From Cycas panzhihuaensis (Eukaryota; Plantae; Cycadophyta), in NCBI GenBank assembly GCA_023213395.1, contig CM041465.1:189975741-190039740 (forward strand): DNA of 64,000 nt. The letters run 5' to 3'. This document shows, piece after piece, positions 27,401 to 42,300 of this stretch (position 1 is its first letter; each line of letters begins with the position of its first letter). The position numbers were made by a program, and so were the translations under genes. The notes beneath the pieces are model-generated. The model made no database searches and was not told the origin of the DNA. It was given only the letters and a program-made list of their open reading frames with translations.

Positions 27401-28101
27401 GAATGTACCCTTAAATGGGAGGAAAATATAAAAATGTATGTCATAAGATTTATTTAGACTATAAAGAACCTATAATTTATAGAAAATTATTAAAATGACC
27501 TAGAAGAAAGTCATATTTTATGTTGTCTTTGAGTCACATCCATTTTATGTTATACTTTATATTAGTATAAACTTTATTATTAGATATTTATAGCCCGCAA
27601 AGGCAACTTAAAAGGCCATAAAGCCTATTTGTAAGGCTAAAAAGGCCTTTTCCATTATAGTTTTAGTTGTAGATGTTGATGATTTAATGTAACTTTGGCC
27701 ATAATGATGCTATATTTCTAGCCATAGGTGTTGAAGAAGTTGCTCATGGTCCTATTTAGAAAGAGGTGGGAGACCTCTCTTTCAACTACTTTTGTATTGT
27801 ATTTCTAACACACTTATTTGGCCACATAAAATAACATATTTCCAAAGTAATTTTGATGCGGTACTGATAGAACCATATACTTGAAGGAATTACCTAACAA
27901 ATAGGTAGTCTCAATGACTGGTTACTTATGTGGTTTAGTAGATAGAGCATTCTCTATGTGGATGTTAGTAACATTTGAAAATTATTTGAAGTAACTTGCT
28001 TTTGGAAAATTTAAAGACCAAATTATATTTGATGTGATATTATATGTTTGTATAATTGTACATTACGAGGGAAATCCTAAATAGTAATGTCCAATTATAT
28101 T

Positions 28102-30716
28102 TGTTGTTATCCTAACTTCTTTGATACTCTCTCATATACAATGTGAATTTTATATCTACATCACCTAAATATATATACCACTTGGGAAGTATGCTAACAT
28201 ACATAGGTTGACTTAGATGATTCTCCATATGAGATGAGTTATTTTATAAATATCTATATAATTCTTTTAATAAGATAAAGTTTGGTCATTCTTCCATATA
28301 TCTTGTATGTATTATGCTTATATATGTTAATCTTATTATATTTATTTATCTATCTTATACTCACATATTTTGTCCATTGTATGTCCTTGTTGGGTCTATC
28401 TTATTTATCATAGCTTTCACATTCATATAACATTGTGTTATCATAGCTAAAAAAATTTTCTAACATTTTGGTATTAAAACCAATAGACTATTAAAGCTAC
28501 ATGAGCAGAGACTTAAGGATATCTATGATAAGCCCTCATATACATTGACAGTTAATTTTAAGGGTAACAACCCTTTGTGCCAAGGAGAGACACAACTCTA
28601 TTTGAACATAATGTTCAGTGGGACGGTCTTAAGAGACAATATTAAGTAAAGTGTTGGCACTATGGCAAAATATAGCATCTAAAGGAAGATTGTTAAAGTT
28701 TACAATAACAACAATTATAGTAGCAACCATGATAGTAATAATAACAACATCATTGATAGCAACCTGGGTAACATAATAGGAGGCTAAGCAATACACATAT
28801 TAGCTTTTTAAGTTCTCACTTGTTAGGTGACAATAAAAATAGAGTAAAACTTTTCATACTTACATACCTAATTCATGAAGATGTTAATGATGTTTGGATC
28901 ACATACTTAAGAGAAACCAAACATATGATAAGAAAGTTAGATGGTTTAAGCACGTATGGAAAATAAAAGATGAATCTATTACTATTGGTGACAAATCTAT
29001 TTTGTATACAAAAGGAATTCATGAAGTTCTAATCATTGTTTCAAAAGGTAGAGATACATATATCAAGAATGTGTTGTATGTACTTAGTCTAGAAGTTAAT
29101 CTTATCTTAGTCTCCAGTATCAATAAGTAGGATATGGACATTAAATTTCAATGTAGTAAATATACCATCTAGAATAAATAAGGAAAGATTTTTGCATAAG
29201 GAACTAGGATAGATAGCTTGTATATTTTAAATGATAGATCTGAGAATTAAAAACCCTTCAATATTTTTGTAAATAATAAAGATAAACTATGGCATGCAAG
29301 GATATATCATTTAAACTATCCAAGTCTCTAACTCTTGTGCAAATTGAATATGGTGCATGGTATTCCCAAAGTAAATGCTAAACAATGTTTCTATGAATTA
29401 TGCATTATGGCAATATAACATTGAGAGCTATTCCTTAAAGGCAAAGCTTAGAGAACAAAGGCTATCTTAGAGCTAGTTCACTTCAACATTTGTAGGGAAA
29501 TGCTAATAGCATTGATTAGAACTAAATATTTTCTAACTTCTATTAATGATTTGTCTAAAAAACTTTAAGTTTATCCTATTAGGGACAAATCATAGACTTT
29601 GAATATCTTCTAGTGGTTTAAGAAGCAGAGCAAGATTAGGATAGGTTAGAAGCTAAAGATCTTAAGGTTAAACAATGGAAAGGAGTATACATCAAAGGAA
29701 TTTGACTAATATTATAAGGACAATGACACTTGGAGATAGTTGATAGCATCTTATATACTAAAATAAAATGACATTATTGAATACATGAATAGGACCTTAG
29801 TTAAAAAACCAAAGTCCATGATGAAAGGAAAAGATGTCACTAAACATCTTTGGGTTGAAGTAGTGAAAACCCTTATTTAAATAATTGAAGTACAACAAAG
29901 GTAATTTAGAACATAACCCCTAAGGAGGCTTGGTTTGGAAACAAGCCTACAACTAGACATTTGAAAGTTTTTGGGAGTGTTATGTATATGCATCCCCCTA
30001 AGGAGAAGTGAAAGAAGTTCATTAATAAAAGCTTTAAGTATATTTTAATTAGATATAATGAAAAAAGAAAGGCCTATAGAGTTTATAAGTTAAAACTAAA
30101 AGGATTCATGTAACTCACGATGCCATCTTCGATGAAAGTGATAGGTAACTTGGCTTAGCTTCATTAGACATCAGACATCTGATTAAACAACAATCTTAAG
30201 TTATCATTGAGCAACGTGAATACTACTCATCAAGGCAAGTGGTTATCATTGACCTTAAATTAGCTAGTGAAATTGCAAAAGCTGATGAAAATAATGTAGT
30301 GTATGAAAGGTTCTAATTCTAGGGATCTCAGTTACAAGATATTAAAGATATTCAATCTAAAGCACCACCATTTCTAAGTACCTTAGAGGATCATTGTAAG
30401 GATCCACAAGTTAGAAGTGCTTCTTCTCTTTCACGAGAAAAAGTTAACAAAGTAGTACTTAAGGATTATTCATAAGGCCAAGTTGCTTAAAGTTCAAGGT
30501 AAAAGAAAATCTAAGTATATACCTAATGACCAAGTCAACTTTGTATTAACACCGAAGGTCTTGAATGTTGATAAGCCTTCTACTTTTGAGGAGATAGTAA
30601 AGCAACAAAAGTTGAAAATTACTATGGATACTGAAAATCCAAGTAGTGAAGAAAAAAAGACTTGGGATTCGTTAATTTACTTCCTTTAACTGAAACTAAG
30701 TATAAGGCTAAAGTTA
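28102..30716 (+). mobile_element. Element G: truncated degenerate Ty1/copia (LTR start approximate; most of gag deleted; cut at the start of RT)
   Basis: LTR ends CTAACA at 28465, PBS relic TGGTATTAAAACC at 28469. Motifs KCWHYGKI*HLKEDC, IKNVLYVLSLEVNLI, LWHARIYHLNY, LELVHFNIC, TPKEAWFGNKP..HLKVFG, PSTFEE, KYKAK. Confidence 0.85.
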
Positions 30717-31340
30717 TGTTTCCCAGCTACTGGGAATGGATACAGATAGGTCGACTCAGGTAAGCTCAGGTATGCTTCTTTCCTTTTCACTTGTACTATT
30801 TCTTTGGAAAGGTTGATAGAACCATTGCCTCATTACATGACTGCTTGTTTCATTTGTATGATTACTTTGCATTTATTATCAGGTCATGCTACTTATCATA
30901 TTGTGAACCTATTATGACCCAGTGGGATCGACCTTTCCACAAGGTAGGCATCCCCCATGGCACTGTACAACCCTCAGTGCTACCTCCACACCGCCTTGAG
31001 CTTCATTTGATTTATATGACCTGTTCATTCCTTGATTTTGAGCTCCTATCACCTTGTTTCTGGGACCTTTAGCCTTTGATGCCTCTTTTGGCCTTGTCCA
31101 CATGCCTTCTAGACTGTCCTAACCACTTGGATAGGAGGGTCAGCCCCTCCTAGGCCTGCCACATCACCTCCTAAGGCTCCCATAATCTAGATTTTTTCCA
31201 TTCTAGCTTTCTGGTCCTGCACCGTTATAAACTTAGTGGTACTGCGAAGTCTATTGTGGTGCGATTGTTGCAAGTTGTTTTTAAAAACTGTCATGGCAAT
31301 TCTTGCTTTTCCCGCATGACTTTGACATATATGTTTTAGA
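30717..31340 (+). repeat. C2: 5' part of an LTR related to the C1 LTRs, inserted in copia G (right end uncertain)
   Basis: Begins TGTTTCCCAGCTACTGGGAATGG, compare 43920 TGTTTCCTGGCCACTAGGAATAG; further similarity near 31210-31280. Confidence 0.65.
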
Positions 31341-32329
31341 TTACTTTTATTCCACTAGGTTCTAAATTATCATGTATCTCGGCATTGTTTATTTCTTTAG
31401 TTTCCATGTTCCATTAACTACCAGGCCATCGTGTATCTTGGTGTTCTTCTTAGCTTGTGTTATCACCCTTATTCTATCTACTACCAACACTTCAATCAAG
31501 TTTGTATTTATGTTTCTAATAGGATCAATACCTATGTTTGCTTGTTAGTGCTCAATGGGCATCTAACCATCTTGTAATCTTTATAATCCCTCCATAGCCT
31601 CCTCTTTGGTTTTCACATATTATTGACTACTCACAAATCAACTAAATATAAACTTAAAACTACAAATTGTAAATATTAAGAAAGATATATTCTCATAAAA
31701 GTATATTTTGGCATTTCAAAATCTAAATATTTTGCCACCAAATCACCTCTGTTATCCCAACCCTTGAATTCTATATCATTGTTATACCTTATTAAATTTA
31801 TCATTCCACCCTATTTATTCCATCCCTATAACCATCTTATTCATCTACTATGACATATTTATTATATTCAATTTTGAGCTTGTCTCATCTTAAGCTTGCA
31901 TCACCCAAAGTTATAGTTCATATGGAGATTCTTTAATGGAGCACATTTATGAACCTAAGGTGGAATCTAAGATTGAAATTCCTAATGAAGAATGAGAAAA
32001 AATTAAAAACTCATCATAACACCACTCGCATGCATGATTGAATTTACTATCAATCATCTAGCCAACTTTTGTATGACACAACATAAGAGATGTTAAAAAA
32101 GTAATAGTTATTATAGATAAACATGAAGGAAAGGGGAGAAACTTAAAGGATGAAGAAGGTGATGGCAATCAATTTAAAGACTAGATTCTGAAGAAACAAC
32201 ATAACCATGCTAACCTAACAAACAACCTTATAAGTAAGTACTTACATAAGTAACAAATTTTGACACTTAGGAAACATAATATGGTCAACTTTTAGTCTTA
32301 TTTTAATTGCTTACAGTTGATAAAAGTAC

Positions 32330-35055
32330 ATAAAAAAAAAGAAATTAGAAAGCTTACCTATACAATATTTTAGCATTGGCCATAAGATTCATGAGTCTAA
32401 GATGTAGGTTTAGTAAATAAAGAAACATTTCTATTTAATAGAAATTGAACTAGTTGAATAAGTGTCATTGATCCCCTTACACATTGATGTAATTACATGT
32501 GAGTGGTGGCAAAGCTTAGAGCACACCATATTCTAAAACTAATTACCATCTTGAGGTGAGTACACTTGCCTATTCATTAAGAGATTTAAAGTAGTAACAA
32601 ATTAATATTATTATTGTAAGTTATGAAAGTTGAAACTAATAAGAATGATATAAGAATATAGCATGGCATTCATAAAGTTAATCTATATGGTGAAGGATAT
32701 TCTAATCGACAGGCCCATTCAATAATAAATTAATGGGATCATAATAGAGATTCATGTAGATGTTAAGACCTCATGACCTACTAATCTCAACAGAACCATA
32801 TAGTTAGGGAGAATACATGAGGATAAGATAAATTCTCTATGTAAGGATTAAATAAGACCTTATGTTCTCCCATTTGCCTAACCCAACCTATTACCTTCTA
32901 AGCCTAGTTAACCAACTGGGCCAATCCTTAAAAGGATAGGAATAAAATGAGAAGAACTAAGAAGAAAGGGCCTATGTTTCAAATGTGTTAGGAAGTGAGG
33001 ACCCAAGCCTAGGTGTCAAAAGAATGAGTAATATACAATCAAGTTAACCCCAAGAGGTGAGGATAAAAGGGGAAGAAGAGGAAGAAGATCTAAAAATATC
33101 CTGGGAGGACTTTCATAATCATAAAAATAATACCCCTAAAGTATCATTCTTATTGGAGGAATGCTAATATTGTGGCTCGTATCCACCTTGGGTAGATTAC
33201 ATACCTTGGGGTGATAAGTTAGATTAGTGGAGATACTTTAGCGGTAGCAAGTCAGGAATTTGTCAATGCTAGTTAGTGATAGACTTTGAGAGGTGTATCA
33301 AATCTCTCTCAATCCCATCTATTTATTCAAGGGGTCTAATGACCCTGGTGTTCATCAACATCACCATCATCATGAATTGATGGTTCTCGCTTTCTTGCAT
33401 TTCATTATGCTCCCTTTGTCATATGATTCCATTAATTCTTTATAATGATTAGTCTTATTTGATCAGATGCTTTGAAATTATGGGGCTTCATTAAGAAGCA
33501 AGTTGTCATAAACTTGGTGGATCTAGGTAGCACCCATAACTTTATTAACCAAGTCTTTGCATAACATCTATAGTTACTCCCATTAAGGACATTATTTTCA
33601 AGAAAGCATTGAAGGAAGATAGGTTATATTATGCAAGGTATGATGGAAAATCTTAATCTCATTATGGGTAGTGTTGTCATCATAGAAAATTTATATACCC
33701 TTTATATTAGAGGAGTAGATATCATTTTAGGTAGCTAATGGATTAAAATGATTGGGACTTTTGGAATGAATTTTGATGAGATATTCATAAGAAATCAACA
33801 AATAGATATGACTATCATCCTCTAAGGAGAGAAGCTAAGAACAACTCTAATAATATCCAATAAATATATGGAGAAATTAACTAAAAAGGCATATTAACAC
33901 TTAGTGGCTAAACCTTTTACATTATGACAAGGTGATGTTAGTGGCAGAAGATGAATAACTACAAGAAATCTTTCAAAAGAATAAAGAGGTATTCTAAGAT
34001 CTTTTGATAATACAATGACTGAATACAAGCTTGGAATATTAGATTGAGATTAACACTAGTACCAATCCCATCATCCTTAGGCTATATAAATAATAGTATC
34101 ACTATAGAAATTAGATTGAAAATATTATTTAGGAACTATTCAAACTAAGAGTGATAGTTCTCAATAATACCTCATTTATAACTCTCATGGTTCTAGTTAA
34201 GAAAAATGATGAATCTTTTTATATATGTGTTATCTATAAGGTATTAAATAAAGTCATGATCAAAAATAAATTTTATGTACTACAAATTAATGATATTTTA
34301 GGTCAATAACAAGAACCAGGCATTTCTAAAAAAATGATCTAAGGCCAAGCTACCATCAAATCTAAATAAAACTAGAGGACACTTATAAGATTGCCTCTAA
34401 CATGTACCACAACCACTATGAGTTCAAAGTAATTCTCTTTGGACTTACTAATGCACTAGCCATATCCAAGGCCACTATGAATAAAATCCTTAGTCCTTCT
34501 TACATATATTAATTTTCGTCTTTCTTGATCTTATATTAATAATTAGTAAGAAGCAGAAAAATCATATTAAACATATACATCAAGTAGTAAGTGTTTTGAT
34601 GGAACAAAAATTGTTTATAAAGAAATTAAAGTGTTCACATACAAAGAAGGAGATAGATTACATAGGACATATCATTTCAAAATAAGGTGTAAATGAATAT
34701 CTAATAAAAGTTAGAGCCATCCATAAATGGCCTATATTGAAGAATATTACTAAGTTTAGAGATATTTAGGATTGATTAGATAGTACATATGCTTTGTCAA
34801 GAACTATTCCAAGAAACACATGCCGTCATAAAATTATTAAAAAAGGATTCTTTATAATCCAGTGAGGAGACCAATAATGGTTTTGAGAATTTCAAGCAAG
34901 CCATGATTAATCTATTAGAGTTAACATCACTAGATTTTTCATAAACTTTTACTATTAAATGTAATGCATTGGGAAGTATAGTAGGAGTAGTCTTAATACA
35001 AGAAGGGAGGTTGATTACCTTCAAAAGTAGAAAATCTAGAGAAACTTAAGTCTAG
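32330..35055 (+). pseudogene. Element H: degenerate chromovirus (Reina-like) gag-PR-RT-RH, truncated within RNase H
   Basis: KKGLCFKCVRK*GPKPRCQK, LVDLGSTHNFI, VLVKKNDES, YHQI, HYEFKVILFGLTNA, FTIKCNALG..GVVLIQEGRLITFKSRK. Confidence 0.85.
33151..33434 (+). mobile_element. 284-bp insertion, probably a solo LTR, within element H
   Basis: TSD ATTCT at 33146-33150 and 33435-33439; decayed termini TATTGGA...TCCATTA; removal restores PKVSFFIMISLI*SDALKLWG. Confidence 0.7.
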
Positions 35056-35179
35056 TTCTAATATTTATTTTTACATGACTGTTATTGATGGAATAAATTT
35101 ATTTCTAAGCATATAATCACCTCTATCACTTGGTTTTGCTCTTAGACTTAAGTTTGTCTCAAAATTTCACTTTTGAAAA

Positions 35180-36130
<951 letters not shown>

Positions 36131-36153
36131 TGTTAAAATGTAATATTTAATGT

Positions 36154-39100
36154 TATTTTCCTGCTACTGAGAATGGATAGAAGTGGAATCTCTTAAATAA
36201 GCATAGGCATACATTTCTGTCCCTTGACTTGTCTACTTTTATAACTCACTGAAGTACATTTATGGTTACAATAGCATGTTATGATTATGTAACTTATTTT
36301 GCTGCTTGGTTTACTTCTCTAGCTATTGCTTGTGCTTGTATCTCAACCTATGATAACCAAGACTATGGTCTTATGGAATTACATAGCTCCCAAAAGCATG
36401 TCCCTAGAGTTTGTAGGTATTTATAAGCATCTACATCCTATCTTGCCTCATTTCTAGTCAGTTGCATGACTCCTTAAGTTGGGTTTCTACTTAAGCCCCC
36501 TGAAAGGCCCCAATAACCCTTCTATTTCTATAATCTCCTTGGCCTATCCATTTATATTATTTTAGGTTAATTTTATTTTTTCTTTTGTATTTCTCTGCCC
36601 CACGCCAAACTTTGCTGTACTACATCAAAGTTCATAGTAATACGAACTTTGTCATGGTGTGACTATCCATTAATTGTTGCAGTTAGAAAATAGATAGAGT
36701 CATATTTATTATGAACTTGACATAGACCTAAGGAGTCTTTCTTTCCTATAGCAAGGCCTAATGCCTCCAAAACCCTAATTGAGATATAAAACATAATTTA
36801 TAAACTCAATTTGAGAATCTTACATTTAGAAAATGACTCTCTTCTCGTATCTTCCTCTTTGTTCTCTTGCTTTAAGCTTGGTAGGGGTAAAAACCATAGA
36901 TAACAAGTCTGAATCAAGCCTCTTTCTAGCAAGGTCACTCTCTCTTCATGCCCAACAAGGTAGCAATGACTGGTTCTCTTAGATTTGAAGCTCTTCCTTC
37001 TCCAAACGGGCCAACTGCACCAAGAGAAGTAGGTTTTAGTTGTTATCCCTCTTAGTTGTAAGGTAACTTGGGATTTGAGAAAATTTTAATGGTTGAAAAT
37101 AGGTTTCATTCCATTACTTTTCCTTAGATATGATTTATTTTTTATTACATTCTTTTTCATGCATTTTGGCACATGCTTTCCTCCATTTTTACTTAGCAAA
37201 GAGAGGCAAAACCTCTCACTTCACCATGCTATCATTATCCCACCCCTAGGTTTCTACTAGCTAATAGTAGGTCAAGTCTTGGACTATTTTTGGGAAGGTA
37301 AGGGAAGAACATATGACTAGAGTTATGACTTCTAAATCTACTTCTCCTGAGGCAACCCCCACTTCTCAAGCCTCTTTTGCACCATACCCACTACACATGC
37401 TAGTAAACCTTGTAAGGTGTGGCTTTACACATACTAGTGACATTATAATACTTGTAACATTGGCCTCACCTTTTTTTATCATATGTATGCTTTGCTTGGC
37501 TAACTATTTTTTATCATCTTTATTATTTATTTCTATAATCTTACAGTTTTTTGTAGCCTTTACATGTTTTATAGTTTTTGTAGCTTTTTTAGTTTCTATG
37601 ACATTCTTTAAACCCTTATGCACATTTCACTTAAACAGTTTGTTACTACTTATCCTACTCATATGGGACCTAACCATCTAGGAGATGTTTCATTCATAGG
37701 AGCTAGCCATCTCAAGGCTACCCATTTCTTTTTCCCTTAAGTCCCCTTTCCCCTATGGTTGCATAAGAATACTAACATGTGTAAGGAAAGTAACATATTG
37801 ATTGTTATTATTTTCTTTGGTCGTATGAAGTACACTTTTATTCTCACTTTGTTGAAACACACATACATAACCATATATATATATACACACTTGTTTGTTA
37901 CTTGTGAGGGTTTACTCATACGTAAGAGAAGATGTCTTCCCAAGCAAGCGAGGTTGTGTCATAATGAAGACATACTATTCTCCTTTTTTAATTTATTTTT
38001 CCTATTTCCTTTTTAGAATCATTTCATTTTCAATTTCTTTGATTTGCAAATATTTTAAGGAAGGTAAGGAATCTCCCCTTTTGCAGCTTCACCTATTACA
38101 CTTGCTACGATTTGGGACACGAAGTTACCAATAAGGAAGAAGCAAAAGGAAGGAGTGAGTCACCTCACCAACCATTGTGTTTCCTAGTGCACCTCTTCCA
38201 AACCCCCTCCACTTTATCACTTTATCTCTCTTTCCCAAAAAGGAAATACATATATGCATGCATGTAGATTGTAGCTCTCTTTTCATATATTTTCACTTGT
38301 AGAGAAAAGAGGAATATATATACGCATGCACTCTCATCTTCCTTCTCTCTTTCTTTTAGGAAAAGAGTAGAATAAGAAAGATCCCCTCTCTTTTGTTTAC
38401 ATATGTATGCACTCATAAAAGTATAAGCAAAACATTGAGTTAACTTTTCCTTTCACATTGAAAAGCATTATATAAACATTCTCCTCTCCTTTTCTCATCT
38501 CACATACATGCATGCACATAGAAATGTGGTATGAATATATATATTTTCCTTCTGTTGATAAAAGAATAGATTAGGAAAAGATCCTTCCTTCTATGATCAT
38601 CCCCTCTCTTCTCATCTTGCATATGTACATACATGTAGGAAAAAGATTGGAAAGTATAATATGAATAAATGCATTCTCTTTTGTATTAGAAAGAAAACAT
38701 TGAAAAGGAAAAGTCACATAAGTCATTCACTTCCTCCCTCTCTCTTGCTTCCTTGAATTAAACATAAAGGAAAAGAGAGTAAGCCCAAGACCAAGTGCTT
38801 ATTATTTGCACATGTTATTAAAACAAAGATCTTGACTTTGTAATTACATTACACATTGGAATAAAGGAAATGACTTTAACCCTTTACATGACTAGACAAA
38901 ATGACAAACAAAATCTTGCATCAAAACCAAACCCTAAAGGCAAACCCCTTTAGGTAGCCAAAGAAACAACCCTAGAACCTTTTTCCTTAGGTTTGGCTCT
39001 TATACATACCAAATCCCCTTCTTCTCCAAGAACCTTCCATTCCTGTCCCCCCCAAAATGAGTGGAGGAGAGCCAATCTATAGCTACTTGGTAACTCGAGG

Positions 39101-39330
39101 ATGCCCAATACCCTCTCACCTTCATTCTATATCACTTTCCCTTCTATATCAAGTAAAGTTTAGGAAGTTAGATGTCCAAGCTTGGTTGTGGGTCCCTGAA
39201 CCCACATTCTGATGCACGGATGCCTCTTTGGGGGTGTGTCTCTCTTCCTTCTCCTCTTTCTACCTCTTAGCCTCCAGCTCCCACAGTTAGTGAGACAAAG
39301 TTTAATACCCTTTAGAGTAAGGTGACTCCA
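36154..39330 (+). repeat. 5' LTR of C1
   Basis: Collinear along its length with 43920-47107; ends GGTGACTCCA. Confidence 0.92.
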
Positions 39331-39331
39331 C

Positions 39332-39349
39332 TGGCGACCATACTAGGGA
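39332..39349 (+). promoter_or_regulatory. Primer-binding site (tRNA-Arg type) of C1
   Basis: TGGCGACCATACTAGGGA resembles the Tat/Ogre PBS TGGCGACTCCACTGGGGA. Confidence 0.75.
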
Positions 39350-42300
39350 CCTACCAAAAAAGGAGGTTAAGCTCTTTCTCTTCCTTTTCCTAGGCAGAAG
39401 CCCTCTCTTCCCTTTACTTCACTTTTTGGTTTTGTTGGGTAAACCCCCAACACTTTTTTTTATTATTTGACAATCCACTTTTCTTGTCCTTATTGAGCAT
39501 GCATGAATGCGATGATTTTCTTGTCACTTGTATGGCTTGACTCCAATCTGAGAAGGATCCTCATACACCCTCATCCTTACATTAGATTCTCCATCTACCA
39601 TAGAGGGATATTCTTTAGAATGTGATTACCATAACTATGCTTCTAAAGTCCATGTTCTAGCTTCGTATGCCCCTAGGATCATGCTCATGATAGTGAAGAT
39701 CCTATCTTTTACCTAGATGACCATGACCATTCAGGATTCCATCCATATCCTATGCACAACATAAGTTGGCCCTCCTCCATATGACCATTTAAATCTACTG
39801 AAGAATCACATGAGGAGCATCCTGTAGGGTTCGCTTCACATGAAGAGCCTTCCATCTTATGTGACCAAGTGAGTTCCCCTCCCGTGGAATTAGTTGAGGC
39901 ACTTGAATAATATCTTGAAGCCAGACATACCCAACCACCTCCAAAGTGGTTGAGAGACCTTATTCAAGGTATGATTTTTGCATCTTTGTCTATATCCACA
40001 TCCACTATCCATTCATATTCCCTTCTTGCATCCTCAATAGGGGCCATCCCCATCATGCATATTTCCCTCCATACACCTCATAGCCAAGGCATAGCCCAGG
40101 GTACACCAACCTCCTCGATTAGGGTGAACATCTCTATTCCCATTCATACAATAACACCACAATCAACCATGGAAAATGCTCCTCTCATCCACGTAAGAGG
40201 TGCTTCACATCCTTACTTTTTGGGTAATGTAGGCCCCACACCCACACAACCCTACTCCTAAAGCAGGGAGCTTATCTCTTTATGTCCCCCCAAGGTACAC
40301 ATCCTAACCTTGGGGGCATGGGGGGGTTAACCCATCCCTACTTATGAGGTAGACCCATTTCATCTATATGGGATGGCACCACTTGTGGGTGGCCTATTTG
40401 GGAAAAACCCTATTTCTCTTTCTATACCATCCTCTTCGTGTATAACTCCATACATGGTTCCTTTATCTAGAGTCCTACACCCCCTTAATGCTTGTTACTC
40501 CCACGTTCCTCTAGTGTCGGGGGCATGTTCCCATGGGGGAGCGGTACCTATTCCTTTATCTTCCACTTGTATGCATTAGCCACATGCTAACGTCACCTCC
40601 TCCTTCTCAACATGAGGGAATTTGTATCCCTTATGTACTCACCCTCCTCGCGAGCTACCAGGGTATCTCCTCCCTCTTCCCCCCAGCTATAGGGATCTCT
40701 CCTTTACCTCCAACTATCATTGCCTCTACTGCCACCACCATAGCTACCACTGCCTTTAGGGCTCTGCTGGTAGCTCCCTCGGCTGCCTTTGTATGCTCCT
40801 CTGGCCCTATTATAACACCTCCATCTCTTCTCTCCTCGTCTCCATAATCCTTAGGGTCATCACCTAACTCTCCTCCCTCCTCATCGCTTGCTTAGTTTAT
40901 TGCATGATAAGGGTCTGTTGTGTAGTTATTGAGGGTAAGGAAATCTAACAAGGTAGCCACCATGGAGTGTCTCACATGTACCTAGTCCTTAGTTCCCTAA
41001 AAACATGTCTTCCATCTATGGATTATGGGCACAGTAGTAGATATTAGGTGGGATCCTCCTATTGGGGCTACTCCTCTAAAATGATCAGAAAATTGGCATT
41101 GCAATAGTGTGCAATAAAAGAAACCACCTCTCCCAACTGTTTTGATCTGATCTAACTAGGCTACTATATTATTCATTATCAATGCGACCTAGTCAAACCT
41201 CTCCCCTACCTCGCACCTATGTATGGTGGCCATCCAACCACTAGGAATTTCCCTATAGTTCTATTTCTGGAAAATATAGAACAAAATGATGAGCATGATG
41301 ACCTTCCTCACCTGAGGAACTCTAGACATCACCATAGCCTATACTGAGTTCCCCCTCTAATCCCATCTATTCTTATTAGTAAAAAATTTGCCCGCCTCTC
41401 GATGGGTGGTATCTGTGCTAGGTAGAGTACCTAATGAAGTTGGTGTACCTCCAACTAGTAACCCTAGTATTCTCTAGATGTCCTTTAGAGTAATGTACCT
41501 CCTCCTGTCATAGTGAGCCATTATATCCACCACTAGGAGCCTTTGGTTAGATGTGTACTGGGATGTCTTGATAATCTTTAGTAGGCCATAACATCGTAGC
41601 ACCCTCTATTATGTTAGCTCATCATATCTATATAGCTGATCATTTCCATCCTAAAGTTTTCATGGTTATCAACCATAAGAACAATCTACAAATAGCTATA
41701 AATCATGAGTTAGTCCCCATAGCCTAGCTATCATGTCATATCCCCCTCTCTAGATGACCTAGGTAAGCTGAAACTAAGCCAAACTGCCAAAGCAATGAAG
41801 TTTTTCTCTTTCCCCTAACTGGTCTTTGCCCTGTATTAATATTTGTAGTACCATAGATATTACTACATGCCCTACTAGAATTTTTTAGGATCTCTATGGG
41901 CCCCATAACAAACTTTGTAGCACTATAACAAATGTTATGGGGCTACAACAATCCCACCTAAAAGGGATGGGTGGTTGTAGAAACCAAAAAAGCCTATTTT
42001 TGGTAGACCTAGCTTGGTCCACCAAGATGAGGCTTCCTAAAACCCTGGTCCTCCCCCTGCCTCTGACTCTAACAAGATCCAAGGGGTCCCTACAACCCTT
42101 GTGGGGCCTAATCCCCCCCCCCCCCCACTAAAAAAAAAGGCATTAAAATTAAATCACAAAAAGTAATACTAAAAGTAGGACCCACATACCAGATTTGGTC
42201 TAATGGATGTCATCTCTCAACCTCAGTCCCAACGGCTACCTCCTCATAAAAATCCAACAGTCAGATCTCCTGTAGTGAGCTTGTGAATGTGGAAAAAGTT

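Noticed and set aside
37313-38416. Hydrophobic ORFs resembling membrane or env-like proteins
   Set aside because: Inside the T-rich C1 LTR and not kept open in the second LTR copy
38240-38640. Clustered CATGCA (RY-like) motifs in the C1 LTR
   Set aside because: CATG and TGCA are expected products of CpG decay, so a regulatory role cannot be supported
39950-40847. Pro/Ser-rich ORFs in the C1 interior
   Set aside because: Probably decayed gag-region or extra-ORF sequence, but no motif supports a call
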